Positions 11,195 to 23,082 of a DNA stretch of 64,000 nt are shown here, in pieces. How positions within the stretch are numbered: the first letter of the stretch is position 1; each line of letters starts with the position of its first letter. A model generated the notes under the pieces. It saw only the letters and a program-made list of their open reading frames with translations, was not told the DNA's origin and made no database searches. The DNA is from Rhina ancylostomus (taxonomy: Eukaryota), in NCBI GenBank assembly GCA_030265395.1, contig JARFYF010000057.1, positions 4,273,616-4,337,615 of the forward strand, given 5' to 3'. The position numbers and the translations under genes are program-made.

Positions 11195-12700
11195 AAACAA
11201 AACTGTAGATGCTGGAAATCTGAAATAAAAATATAAAATGCTGGAAATACTCAGCAGGTCAGACAGCATCTACAACTCATCCTGTGTGGTTGTTCACCTC
11301 AGTTCCACCCCCACCCACATCACAGGTATGTTCATATAATCTGGCATTTCTCAAGGAAGTAACCGCATCACATCCTGAGCTGCACCGTTAATGCATCACC
11401 ACGTACCTGCTCTGCACCCCTCGCTACAACACCACCGACTCACTGGACCTCAGAACTGTCACCATCCACAATTCTCTTTTATTCGCCGCATTTGGTGCTG
11501 CTGAAGGTGGCTTTTTCCTTCCTTTCTGATGTCAAAAAAAATTACAAACTCGAATGGTTGAACTCCAAAAGGGCGGCTCGGTAGTGTAGCGGTTAGCGTG
11601 ACACTATTACAGCGCCAGTGGCCCGGGTTCAATTCCCGCTGCTGTCTGTAAGGAGTTTGTACGTTCTCCCCGTGTCCAGGGGCTCCAGTTTCCTTTCACA
11701 TTCGAAAGTCCTACTGGTTAGGAGTTATGTTGGTGCCAGACACTTGCGGGCTGCCCCCAGCACATTCTCAGTTACACAAAAAGATGCATTTCACTGTGTG
11801 TCCATGTAGATGTGACTAATAAATGAAAACTCGAATCAAAGCCCTTCCAGATTTTTCTCCCCTTTCACTGTCCTCTGACCCTTGTCTTTCCCCAGTTTCA
11901 CCCCCAGCTGTATTTTCATCATAAGATCATTCTTTGCCTTTTCTGTCCGCTCCAACAAGATTCTACCATCAGATACATATTCCCCCCCACCTCAGAATCT
12001 TGAAGGAATCATTCCCTTTGCTATTCCCTAGTTTGTTCTTCCACCAACCATTCTCCACGCCAGGGAACTTTCCCGTGGATCACCTGTCCCTTCACCTCAT
12101 CCCTTTCCACCATCCAGGGACTTAAACCTACTTTCCAGCTAAAGATTCACTTGGACTTTGTCCAGTTTGGTNNNNNNNNNNGTTCACAATCCGGTCTCCT
12201 CCACATTGGAGAAATCAAACACAGGCTGATTTAATTCTCCATCTCTTTCCCACTCCGACCCATCGGTCTGTCCCTCCTGCAATCTTATAACAAGGCTCGG
12301 TGTAACCTTGAGGAACAATACCTCATCTCCTGTCTGGCCACATTGCACCTGTATCAGAACTGACTATTTTTTGCTGTCAGTCATCCACCTGTGACGTTGG
12401 CTCAGATCTTTCCCCTTTCTCCATGGGCGCACTCTGATCTACTATTTACAACAGATCACACTTCTTTGTCACCCTCTGTCACCATTAACAACTTATCCCC
12501 CAGCACAACCCAGGCCTCAGCCTATCACAGATATTCCCTTTGTCCTTTTATTCTATCACCTGCTCTGCAACTTAAAACCAACTTTTTTTCTCTCCCTTTC
12601 CAGCTCTGATGAAGGGTTTTTGATCTGAAATGTTAACTCTGCTTCCCTCTCCACAGGTGCAGCCCGACTTACTGAGTGTTTCCAGCATTTCCAGTTTTAG
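11195..12700 (+). mobile_element. Decayed Penelope-like element with an inverted terminal fragment
   Basis: GIY-YIG-like FTWTLSSLV...CSQSGLLHIGEIKHRL at ~12145-12230; terminal repeat CTGATGAAGGG...GAAATGTTAAC...CTGAGTGTTTCCAGCA at 12606-12690; inverted copy at 11195-11273. Confidence 0.8.
11572..11825 (+). mobile_element. V-SINE with Rex1-like tail
   Basis: Same head and V-domain as the 2826 copy; tail AAAAGATGCATTTCACTGTGTG...TGTGACTAATAAA. Confidence 0.9.
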
Positions 12701-12702
12701 GG

Positions 12703-13155
12703 TCATAGAATTATACAGCATGGAAACAGGCCCTTCGGCCCAACTCGTCTATGCTTACCAAGTTGCCTAACTGAGCTCATCCCACTTGCCTGAATTTTGC
12801 CCATATCCCTCTAAATCCATGTAACTGTCCAAATGCCTTTTAAACTTCATTATTGTACCCACTTCTACCACTTCCTCTGGCAGTTCATTCCATATACTCA
12901 CCAGCTTCTATGTGAAATAATTGCCCCTCTGGTCCCTTTTAAATCTTCCCCCTCTCAATTTAAACCTTTGTCCTCTAGTTTTTAATGCTCCTAGCCTAGG
13001 GGAAAAATATTTGGCTATTAAACCCTGTTTATGCCCCCTCATGATTTTATAAACCTCCATAATGTCATCCCTCAGCCTCTTACACTCCAGGGAAAAAGTC
13101 CCAGCCGCTGCAGACTCTCCTTTTAACCCAAGCCCTCCGGTGCCAGCAACATCCA
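12703..13155 (-). mobile_element. CR1 3' end
   Basis: FSLECKRLRDDIMEVYKIMRG...KTRGQRFKLRGGRFKRDQRGNYFT followed by CR1 3' UTR. Confidence 0.92.
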
Positions 13156-13185
13156 ATCAGTCTTTGGTGCTTTTTAAGTTGGGTG

Positions 13186-13478
13186 TGTCATGGTTCTGAG
13201 TACTGGCCCTCAATCTGGCTCCTTTGATGATGCCTTGTTGTACAGCACATGGATTCCATGCTGGACTGTTTGCATAACAACACACACCTGAGCCCCATCA
13301 GGGGNNNNNNNNNNNNNNNNNNNNNNNNNNNNNNNNNNNNNNNNNNNNNNNNNNNNNNNNNNNNNNNNNNNNNNNNNNNNNNNNNNNNNNNNNNNNNNNN
13401 NNNNCCTGACTCCAGTCCTGTACCAGTGTGCTGCATTTGGGTTCTCTGTGAGCTTGCTCTTTGCTCAACATTGTGACA
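13186..13478. mobile_element. Solo LTR, probably Gypsy-type, spanning an N gap
   Basis: Inverted termini TGTCA...TGACA flanked by a perfect 5-bp TSD GGGTG (13181-13185 and 13479-13483). Confidence 0.75.
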
Positions 13479-14119
13479 GGGTGGGGTGATTGTCACAGTT
13501 CAAAAGGGGTAGGACAGTACCTGAAGTAAGAGAACCATTTCCAAACTTTTATGGCAGAAGAATAGAAGGAAAGCTAATTGGTAAGCAGCTTACTGTGAAA
13601 AGAGTCTGTGAATGCAGCACCTGCACACCCTGGGCGTGATGAGCTCTGAGTGAGCAAGAACAGAGAGAAATACTGTTAATAAAGCTGGCATCATATGAAT
13701 TACTTTCCTCCTGCATTGTAAAATTCCACAATTTAGTAAAATTATTGGCCAAATTATAGTTTTGAAAGAGGGCTTGTCTGATGGAAGGTGAGACAGATTT
13801 TGTCATTCAGTGTTCCTTTGTCTCCTCTCACAGGACAGCCAGAGAACAACAGTGTAAAATCCCACCCTGTGGATGGGAGCTTTGAAACATATGGAGCAGA
13901 TCTGTTAATGGTGACTGAGGTGAAATGGTGGACTTCATCGACGTATCAGAGCAAGGTGGGAGCAGGGTGTGATAATGCAATTAAAGGTATACCATGGACA
14001 GTTCTGATTTACACACAAACTGAAAGGAACATTGCAGCAGGCGATGGTCATTTGGTCCTGCAGCCTGATCTGCTATCGTGGCTGATCTCCGCTTATCTTC
14101 CCCCACCCAACTTTGTCAG

Positions 14120-14412
14120 AAGTCACACAGCAAGAAAACAGGCCCTTTGACCCCTGAGTCTGACCCAACCATCAAACACCCCTGTGCACTAATCCCAAGT
14201 TATTCTTCCCACATTCCCATCAATTGTTCCCTCCACCACCCCCTGCCATTCACCCACACACTGGGGGCAATTTGCAGCAGCCGATTAACCTACCAACCTG
14301 CACGTCTTTGGGCTCTGGGAGGAAACCAGAGCCCCCACGGTCACAGAGAGAACACGAGGTTAGGATTGAACCTGGCGCACTGGTGCTGTGAAGCAGCAAC
14401 TCTACCAGCAAG
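14120..14412 (-). mobile_element. HE1-like V-SINE with CR1-type tail
   Basis: V-domain (CCTGCACGTCTTTGG...GGAGGAAACC on plus); left end ACAGCAAGAAAACAGGCCCTTTGACCC matches the CR1 3' end at ~12712. Confidence 0.8.
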
Positions 14413-14599
14413 TCACCCTGACTCTCATCCATACACCAACCTATTAAAATCCGAGACCTGAACATTGCAGTTGACACATCCACCACCTATTGACAGAGAG
14501 AATTACGGATTTCTTTTGACTGAAAAAATACTCCCTAATTTCATTCCTTAACTAAATGGTTCCAGCACTCTTGAAATAAACGCCTGTTTTCAGTTAATC

Positions 14600-14885
14600 A
14601 AGTACAGTGGTCTGGACCCGAGCAGAGCGGTTGTTTCCTCTGGCTGGAGAGTCTAGAACTGTGATGAGAACTAATTTCAAGGGATTGGCCACTTAGGACT
14701 GGGATGAAGAGAAATTCTTCGCTAGTGTGAGTCGAGAATATTTGTAATTTCCTACTCCAAAGGGGTGTGGGTGCTCAATTGATCAATATTGAAGACTTTG
14801 GAGTGACAGATTTTAATAGGGGACATAGAATCAGGGGAGAGCAGGCCTGAGCCAGCAATGATTTTATTCAGTGATAGAGCAGGTC
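14600..14885 (+). mobile_element. CR1 3' fragment, old
   Basis: LFPLAGESRT...PLRTGMKRNSS, followed by CR1 3' UTR-like sequence. Confidence 0.65.
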
Positions 14886-15899
14886 GACACATGCAGTGTA
14901 CTCAGTGCACTGGCTCTGCCTCTGAGCCACACTTTATAGTTGGGTTCTGGCTGACCCCTCGGTTATAACTGAACTTCGTCTAAAGCAAAGCCCGTTACAA
15001 CTGGACAAAATGAAGCTGGTTGAAAGAACCTCCTACCTTGGTCTTTGGGTCCTAACCACAATCATTACTAACCCCCAATATAATTACAAGCCTTGTTGAC
15101 TTTCTGCTCTGACTGACTTATCTGCAGTAAGTGAATTCCTTTGTGCCTGAACTTATTGCATTATTTCACAGGAAGATTAAATTTACCCAACAGTCGTGAC
15201 CGCAAGGAGCAGAGACAGAGTGGGCTGCAAAGCTTGTGTCACCTCCTGGTCACTTTCAAATGAGACATGCACCCGTGAGCTGGTTCAGCCCTTTATCTCC
15301 ACTGCTGATCTGCAAGTGAAGTGAAAACAGCACTGGAACTTCAGCTCACGATCTACACTCCCTGTCTTGACAGACCAACTACGACCCATGCAGAAGTTCT
15401 AAGTTCACCACTGAGTTTACACCATGGGACTTGGTTTCACTGGTAGTGCCACACTGGAGCTGGTTCCCTGATGATTCAACCTTTGGCTAAACTTCCTGTG
15501 AGAACCAGCTGAAAATTCTGAACAAGGACAGACTTGCAAAGACCTGCTGTTACAATGCACGCCCCGTCAGTTCAACCCAGAGTTTACAAGCAGCCCGTGC
15601 TTCCATTAAAAATAATTCCTGTCCAGCGTTGCTGCCACCTCTTCTGAAAGAAGTGAATGTGCTGGGTTAGACTTCGATGGACAAACCAGTGGCATCTCAT
15701 TCAAATAGTAACTTTCTCCCGTGTCCTTACAAAATAAGGCTGAATGTTCTTCCTTGCGCTGGAGGACGGTCGGGGCGGGGCTTCGACCCACCAATCTGAC
15801 CCCACTGTGATCCCGGACCCACCTTCTGAGGTCGGAATTCATTTCTCAGTCTGGCTCCCCGGACAGAATCCCTGGTAGTAAACAGGAGCCTCTGCTTCT

Positions 15900-17040
15900 A
15901 CTGGGAGGTAAATACCGGATGGGGATCTGCAGCAGCAAGAGTGAGGCCAGAACAGAAGGGGTAAAGTACCATGGATGTCATCGAGAAGATGTGGAACATT
16001 CTGAGGGGGGTAGGGAGGGGGCTTGCAGGAGGGAGCCAGAAGTTGTGGTTCACATAACACCCAACAACAAAGGGAAGATGAGGGCAGAGGTCCTCCAGTC
16101 AGACTTTCAGGAGACAGAAGGGCTTTGAAGGTAGTAATCCCGGGATGACCCACAGTGTCACGTACACTGCAAATATCAGGCAAATTGATGTATGGCTCAA
16201 GACGTGGAGCAGGAGGGAGGGCTGCAGGATTTCAGGGCATTGGGACCAGTTCTGGAACAGGGGAGATCTGTTTAAAATGGATCTCAACAGGATTGGGACC
16301 AAAGCCTTAATGGTGAAGTTCACTAGTGTGGTTGGTAAGGGTTTAAAGTAATTTGACAGGGAAGTGAGCACCATCGTGTAGTAGTAGCACTGAGGAATAT
16401 GCTGCTCAAAGGTGCAGGAGTGTTGGCTGGTGTTAGAGCAGGACATGGCACGGTATCAGGTGGGAGATGGAGTGGTGCATGGCTAGCGGTTACATTAAAT
16501 CTGTCATTGCGCATGCCACAACTGAAGTATTGTCTCCAATTCTGGTCACCTGGTTTCAGGAAAGATATAAAAACCTTAGAGGGTGCACAAAAGTTTTCCT
16601 ACGACTATCTCCAGGGATGAGGGAAGAGATGGTTTCAGACTGGGGAAGATAGAGTTGTTCTCGTTGGAGCAGAGAAGACTGAGAGGACGTGTGGTAGAGT
16701 GCACAACATCATGATTCTTTTAGACAAAGGGAAGTTGTTTCCATTAGCAGATAGTTCAAGAACCAGGGCCATAAATTAACGTCTTGGGGGAAACCATATA
16801 AGGGGGATGTGAGGGGGGGAAGAAAAGCTTCTTATGCAGAGAAAAATTATGAGATTCGAACTTGCTACTTGCAAAGTCAACCAGGGATATCAGAAGGGAA
16901 TTTGATGGGCAGATGAGGGAAAATAGTTGGAAGGGATAAGAGGAAAGGACAAGTTAATGGGACAGATGGAATTACTCTACAAGGAGCCAACACAGACTTG
17001 ATGGGCCAAATAGATGCCTTCTTTGCCATAATACTTTTAT
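15900..17040 (+). mobile_element. Internally deleted CR1 (ORF1 SGNH/esterase region joined to the ORF2 C-terminus)
   Basis: EPEVVVHI and WLKTWSRREG..GHWDQFWNRGDLFK (ORF1), then PQLKYCLQFWSPGFRKDIKTLEG (ORF2) and a 3' UTR ending GATGGGCCAAATAG. Confidence 0.8.
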
Positions 17041-17174
17041 GTCTCTGGAATGCTGAAGCCTAAAAAAATGTAGTGTTGCTGAAATCTGAGGAGATGGTGC
17101 CCTGGCATGATTCCCAAGTGTCTTCCAAGGCCAAGAACACAGGTGTCAAAAGAAGGAAACTACTTTAATGATTG

Positions 17175-17330
17175 ATACAACTTGCATTTATATAGCACCT
17201 TTAACAAAGAAAAATACATCAAGGTCCATCTTGGGCACATCATAAAACACCTTGAGTCACATAGGAAATGGTGACTGTGAACAAAAGCTTGTCAAAGAGG
17301 CAGATTCTAAAGGGAGTCTGTGCTTCAGGC
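17175..17330 (-). mobile_element. L2-type 3' end
   Basis: ACTTGCATTTATATAGCACCTTT...AAAAGCTTGTCAAAGAGG is a typical reversed L2/DeuSINE tail. Confidence 0.55.
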
Positions 17331-17579
17331 CTCAGCAGTTAAATAAATGCACAGTCACCAACAACGAAACAATTAAAGGCCGTGTTGCTCAATGAGACCG
17401 AATTGGTTGAATGGATACAACTGTGGATCGTGAGGCTGGAAGAGGTTGCAAACATCGGGATCAGGGAGNNNNNNNNNNNNNNNNNNNNNNNNNNNNNNNN
17501 NNNNNNNNNNNNNNNNNNNNNNNNNNNNNNNNNNNNNNNNNNNNNNNNNNNNNNNNNNNNNNNNNNNNAGAAGCATGCA

Positions 17580-18130
17580 GACATAAGGATATGAGACAAT
17601 AGTAACAGGAGTAGGCCACTCGGCTCCTCAAACCTTCCTTGCCATTCGATGTAATCCTGGCTGATCTGCCCCAGGCCTCCTCCACTCCTCTGTACCAGTC
17701 CCCCATGGCCCTCAACTCCATGGTCTTTCAAAAACGTGTCTACTTCCTCTTTAAGTGGCCCCCATGATCCACCCTCCACAGCCCGCCACAGTAGAGAATT
17801 GCAGAGACCCCTCTGTGAGAAGTTGTACCTGTGCACCTCAGTTTTAAGTGACTGCCCCCTACCCTTGTAACTATTCCCCCCCCATTTGAAATTTTCCCAT
17901 CTTTCCATCTACTCTGCCCATGTCTCCTGACCATCTTATATGTTTCAATAAAATCACTCCTCATTCTTTTAAGTTCCAGGTAATAGTTCTAATTTCTCCA
18001 GCTGATTTTGATAGGACAATTCTCTCATTCCCAAGAATTAGCCCAGTGAATTCTCTTTTGGACTGCCTTCAACGCTAGTATATCCTTTATTGAATGAGGG
18101 GGCCAAACTGCACAGTGCTCCAGGTATGGA
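17580..18130 (-). mobile_element. CR1 3' end
   Basis: MRSDFIETYKMVR, YKGRGQSLKTEVHRYNFSQR and a CR1 3' UTR. Confidence 0.88.
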
Positions 18131-18827
18131 GATTTCAACATCAAGATTTTGGTGACTTGGGAACCTACCGAAGATCAGCAAGTACAGGGGCCATACCTCT
18201 GGGTTTAGATGTTTGTGGAGGATAGAATCTGGTCAGAGATAGGTTATGTTATCAGAAACCTGCATCAGGAAATGTAGTTAACTCCTGGTGCACCAACATT
18301 CATGATCATTTTAACCCAGCGTGTCATGAAGGACCAGGGATGTTTTAAAATAGGCTGCAAAATGAAAAATCTCTTGGAAAGGTTTCTTAACAAACAAGGT
18401 TAACCCATGGACATGATTTGCATTAGCTGCCTCTGCAGTATGACTGTCAGTGGAATTTACTGGAGTGGGAACTTTTCAAGGTGCCATAAGCTCAGAATGT
18501 TTCCTCATTGGAACAACCTTTCTGTGAAGACTGAGACAAAGCCTAATTAAATCAAGCTTGGACTTACAAGGAATAAAATGGGCACAAAAGGGACAATCAA
18601 AAAGAGAAAGGTCTACATCAATCAATTGTCATGGGCACGATTCTTTAATAGATTTATGAATCTATAAGAGTTTGGGGATGAACCAAGGAAACTGTGTTCT
18701 GGTCTGAACAAATTGTACAGAAGGGGGCATATTCTTCTAAATGTTATCTCGGTTAAGTTGCATTCAGAACCACAGTTAGATTTGATTATATGGAAGTTGA
18801 AGTTACAATTACTGTTAACAGCTGTGT

Positions 18828-18945
18828 ATACACAAAGAGTGCTGGAGGAACTCAGCAGGTCAGGCAGCATCCATGGAGGGAAATAAACAGTCCACGTTTC
18901 AGGCTAAGACCCTTCATCAGCACTGGGAAGGAGGAGGGCAGAACG
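18828..18945 (-). mobile_element. Penelope-derived short repeat with a hammerhead-ribozyme-like core
   Basis: Minus strand CAGTG-CTGATGA-AGGGTCTTAGCCT-GAAA-CGTG-GACTG (18925-18888), then GATGCTGCCTGACCTGCTGAGTTCCTCCAGCA. Confidence 0.85.
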
Positions 18946-19199
18946 GAAGAGCTCCTTAAAAGCTGTGTATGATTGTTAGAGTACAACAGCTGTATCAGTG
19001 CACTGTATTTTGTTGCAGTATTTCACAGCACATAATCCTTTCCTATTTCTTGTAATATTTGATGTTATATTATTAACAGTGTTTTATATTTTATTAGTTT
19101 TAGAGTTACTTAGTTTAAATAAACCTTTAATAAGAGTTCTGGGTTGTGCTGCTCTGATCCACGGATAGTTTTAACCTACCCAGAGAGGTTCAGGCTGAA

Positions 19200-19592
19200 T
19201 ATAAGATTTCTTTATTAGTCACATGTACATGGAAACACACAGTGAAATGCATCTTTTGCGTAGAGTGTTCTGGGGGCAGCNNNNNNNNNNNNNNNNNNNN
19301 NNNNNNNNNNNNNNNNNNNNNNNNNNNNNNNNNNNNNNNNNNNNNNNNNNNNNNNNNNNNNNNNNNNNNNNNNNNNNNNNAAGTGTCGCCACACTTCCAG
19401 CGCCAACATAGCATGCCCACAACTTCCTAACCTGTACGTCTTTGGAATGTGGGAGGAAGCTGGAGCACCCGGAGGAAACCCACACAGACACAGGGAGAAC
19501 GTACAAACTCCTTACAGACAGTGATCGGAATTGAACCGGGGTCGCTGGCACTGTAAAGTGTTATGCTAATCACTATACTACCATGCCTGCCC
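19200..19592 (-). mobile_element. V-SINE with Rex1-like tail, spanning an N gap
   Basis: Reverse complement of the head, V-domain and tail seen at 2826 and 11572. Confidence 0.9.
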
Positions 19593-19869
19593 CCATATAA
19601 ATAAAAGGTATAAGGGATGACTATCTACAGCTGGAATAATGAAACCTAGAGAAAAGTGGTTTGGACGAATGTTTCAGGATGTAAGGTGGACAGGAAGCAA
19701 TATTACCGAGATGTCTCAACCACACAGTTAAAAGAACCAAAGGTAAATACAAGTAAAATTCAACACAGAAGTTGTGAACGTCTGTTTGGATTGGAGCTAA
19801 AGTCGAGGAAGAAGTTTGTAATTGGGGTCAATTACTTTGGCCTTTACAATATTTATAATATTTAGCAGT

Positions 19870-20420
19870 AGGATTAATTAAAACTGTGGAGGCAAAAGGA
19901 GAGGTGGTGGATAGGTGGAGCTGGATGCTGTCCTCGTCGATAATGTTACAGAGGTGCCATGTAATAAAAAGTGGGAAGGATCCAAGGAGAGATCCTCAGT
20001 GGACATCAGAAGTAACATTCCAGGTACAAAACAGAAGCCATCGGGTTATGAGTAGATAACAGACTAGAATCGTGCAAGTGGAGTCTATCCAAAAACTAGG
20101 AAATGCAGGGGTAAATGAACAACATGTTCCTACAATGGCACTGTGACAATGATCAGATTATCTGTTTTTGTAATGTTGATTAGGAAGAACTATTGTTCCG
20201 AACACTGTGGAGAACCCACACCCCCCAATCTCCCTCTGTTCTTAACCTATTTAACCTTGTAGGATTAGCTATGTGTTTAGTATTTCATCTTAAACACAGC
20301 ACCGACAGTATTCCCTCTGTACTGCACTGAAGCACCAACCCAAATTTAGTGCTCATCTGTAGGAGTTGGGCATGAATCCTTGATCTTTCAATTTAGAGAA
20401 GAAAAATAGCAGGGACACAA
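19870..20420 (-). mobile_element. Old L2 RT fragment next to a DeuSINE-like remnant
   Basis: GCTGGATGCTGTCCTCGTC...GGATCCAAGGAGAGATCC (reversed degenerate PQGS.LGP and DD region); 20140-20420 resembles the 5045-5420 SINE. Confidence 0.5.
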
Positions 20421-23082
20421 GCCAACTCTAACCCCAACCCTCCCAAACCACTTCTGATGAATGGCTACTAACCAGAAATACTAACTTTATCTTTCCCTTT
20501 CTAGATACTGTTGAGCTGATTGAATATCTCTGTTTTCACTCTCTTGTATTTAAAATATCCACACAATTTGCACTGGTTAACAAATAGGATAGAGAGACAT
20601 GATTGATTGTAATTTTTAAAGACCAATTTGATTAATTACCTGAGCAGTTACAAGGCACTGAATGAGTAATTTCTCTGGATTACATCAGGCAGTCCAGTCA
20701 ACGTTGGCAGGCCATGAATTTTTGATTGTGATATAACACACATTGCACAGTTAATCCCAACTGTAAAACTTCGTAATGTGGAAGTTAAAGCTAATCCATT
20801 ATTCACAGTTCAGGTTGCTCAGACGATGGTCTGCCCTGTGCTGTATGGCAGACTATGACTTGTTGTTAAACTAACAGACAAGAAACAACAAAATCACNNN
20901 NNNNNNNNNNNNNNNNNNNNNNNNNNNNNNNNNNNNNNNNNNNNNNNNNNNNNNNNNNNNNNNNNNNNNNNNNNNNNNNNNNNNNNNNNNNNNNNNNNNN
21001 NNNNNNNNNNNNNNNNNNNNNNNNNNNNNNNNNNNNNNNNNNNNNNNNNNNNNNNNNNNNNNNNNNNNNNNNNNNNNNNNNNNNNNNNNNNNNNNNNNNN
21101 NNNNNNNNNNNGTGCTGTAAACTGGGACTGAGCCCAGTTGTGTAACTCAATATACTGGTGGTACAATGTGAGTGTTTTTTTTCCCTCGCAGCCCACAGCT
21201 TTATCCCTGAACTCGTAATACGATTGCTGTGTGATTTATCCATTCCTCCTTCTATAGCGTCAATAGCATTTTTCTATTACATTGATTAATACATCATACT
21301 TCTCAAAACAGTTGTCATCCAATTTTGTTGAGGTAAAGTTATTATGAATCATCTCTTCTGAGATTTATCTTTTTATACTTTTCTCCAGCTAAAGCCAACT
21401 GGAAATGGGCGGAGGGCAGATCGCTGACTACAAGCCAGCGGCTTGTTTGAATCTACCAGACTTGGTTCTGCTGGTAGGCACTTGACTGGTTGAGAATGAT
21501 CATGGAGTGCACCCCAAGATTCAAATTTGTAATTGAGAAGTTTTGAAAAGATCAATTTTATTTTCCTCCCTTGACCTTTTATTCTAGTGACAATCAAGAA
21601 GATGAGAGACCAGTGTGTGTACATTTAACAGCCCGTGCTCATTCCCAAGATGTTATGCCATCTAATTATGTATATATGCATACCTGCTGGGGTATTCCTA
21701 TGTTCATGTGCTTGTATATCCATCAGTGATTGCTTGCTCTTCTGTCCTTTTTGATATTTGTAGTTAACTGCGTTTCTGCTGATCTATACTATATTTGCCC
21801 TAAAGTGTGTATTCACGGACAGCACTGCGTGTGCACACACGTCTGTATTCTCATTCAGAGCTGTTCCTACTTGCATGCACCTTACATTAGTCTGCTCTTG
21901 TTTGTCTATACATACAAATGATGTAAAACGAGTACGTAGAAAGTAAACAAAATCTAGAGCAGTCGGAATGTCATCAGGTGAAGGGGGAGATGGGTGTAAA
22001 ATGGGGCCTATTAGCGTGTCTGCCTCTCCCTGGAGGAGGTGGGGCTAGTAACCTCTTATTCCTATTTATCTTTCATAAAGATATGAAGGAAAACTTTGTG
22101 ATTTTATCAGGACCCTTGGAAATAAATGACAAATCTTTGGTCAATTCTTTTTATAGACTGAAGCGGTATAGCTGGACTACAGGGAAGCTATGCTTGTAAA
22201 AATGCACAAAAGTGAAACCAGCCAATGACCACAAATGGCTCCAATCAAACATCACCATGGAATTATTGACAAATGAGCAAATTATTCTGCAGTTAAGAAT
22301 CAGAATACTGTGCAACAAGTTACTTCTGTGGAGATCAGATGTCAAGAATTAATATGTCAGTCTATTCATTGTGAAAATCCAATGCAAACTTGCATAATTA
22401 ACAACTTCAAACATGTCTTAAAACTCAGTTATGCTTTCTCCTGCAAAAGAAAGTCATCTCATGCATATTAGCTGAGAGCAAACATGTTGGATACATGCAC
22501 AACTGATCAAACATGCACTGATGCATTAATGCATCTATGTTCATTAACAGGATCAAGCTTGGTGTGATGCCTTCAAAGTTCAATAGTCTGCCAACACTCC
22601 AAGTGAAGAAAAGGCATTAGGGTTGGGTGTTGGAACATCTGTATCTGTGCACCAGGGGGAGAAAAAAAAGAGAAGCTTTTGACTTTGAATTTGTTTTGGG
22701 AGTGTTCCTCTTATAATCAAAATAAGAGCCTGGACAGCTTGCTTTAAGATAAACACCTCGGAGCTACAAGGATTAATTCAAGGCTTTGTACCTTTAAACA
22801 GCCACAAGTAGTTCCAAAAGCCATAAGTAGCTCCACTAAAATTATAATTTGTGAGCAAACCTACTGATAAAAAATTGCAGTGTGCCCATTTTCCACACAA
22901 CAACTATTCCTGCAATTCCACTGACACTAAAATCAGATTGATGTAATATCCTAATAATTGTGGGAACCTTGTCTTTGAACTGTCTTCTCTGTCAAAGCAG
23001 CATTGACTGAAGACGGATATCTGGATCATTCAAATTACTGAAACCTTTTTGTTCCATAAGGTCCGTAGGTGTCCAGTGGAAG

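Noticed and set aside
18320-19195. Possible degraded LTR beginning TGTCATGA
   Set aside because: No matching 3' terminus or TSD could be identified.
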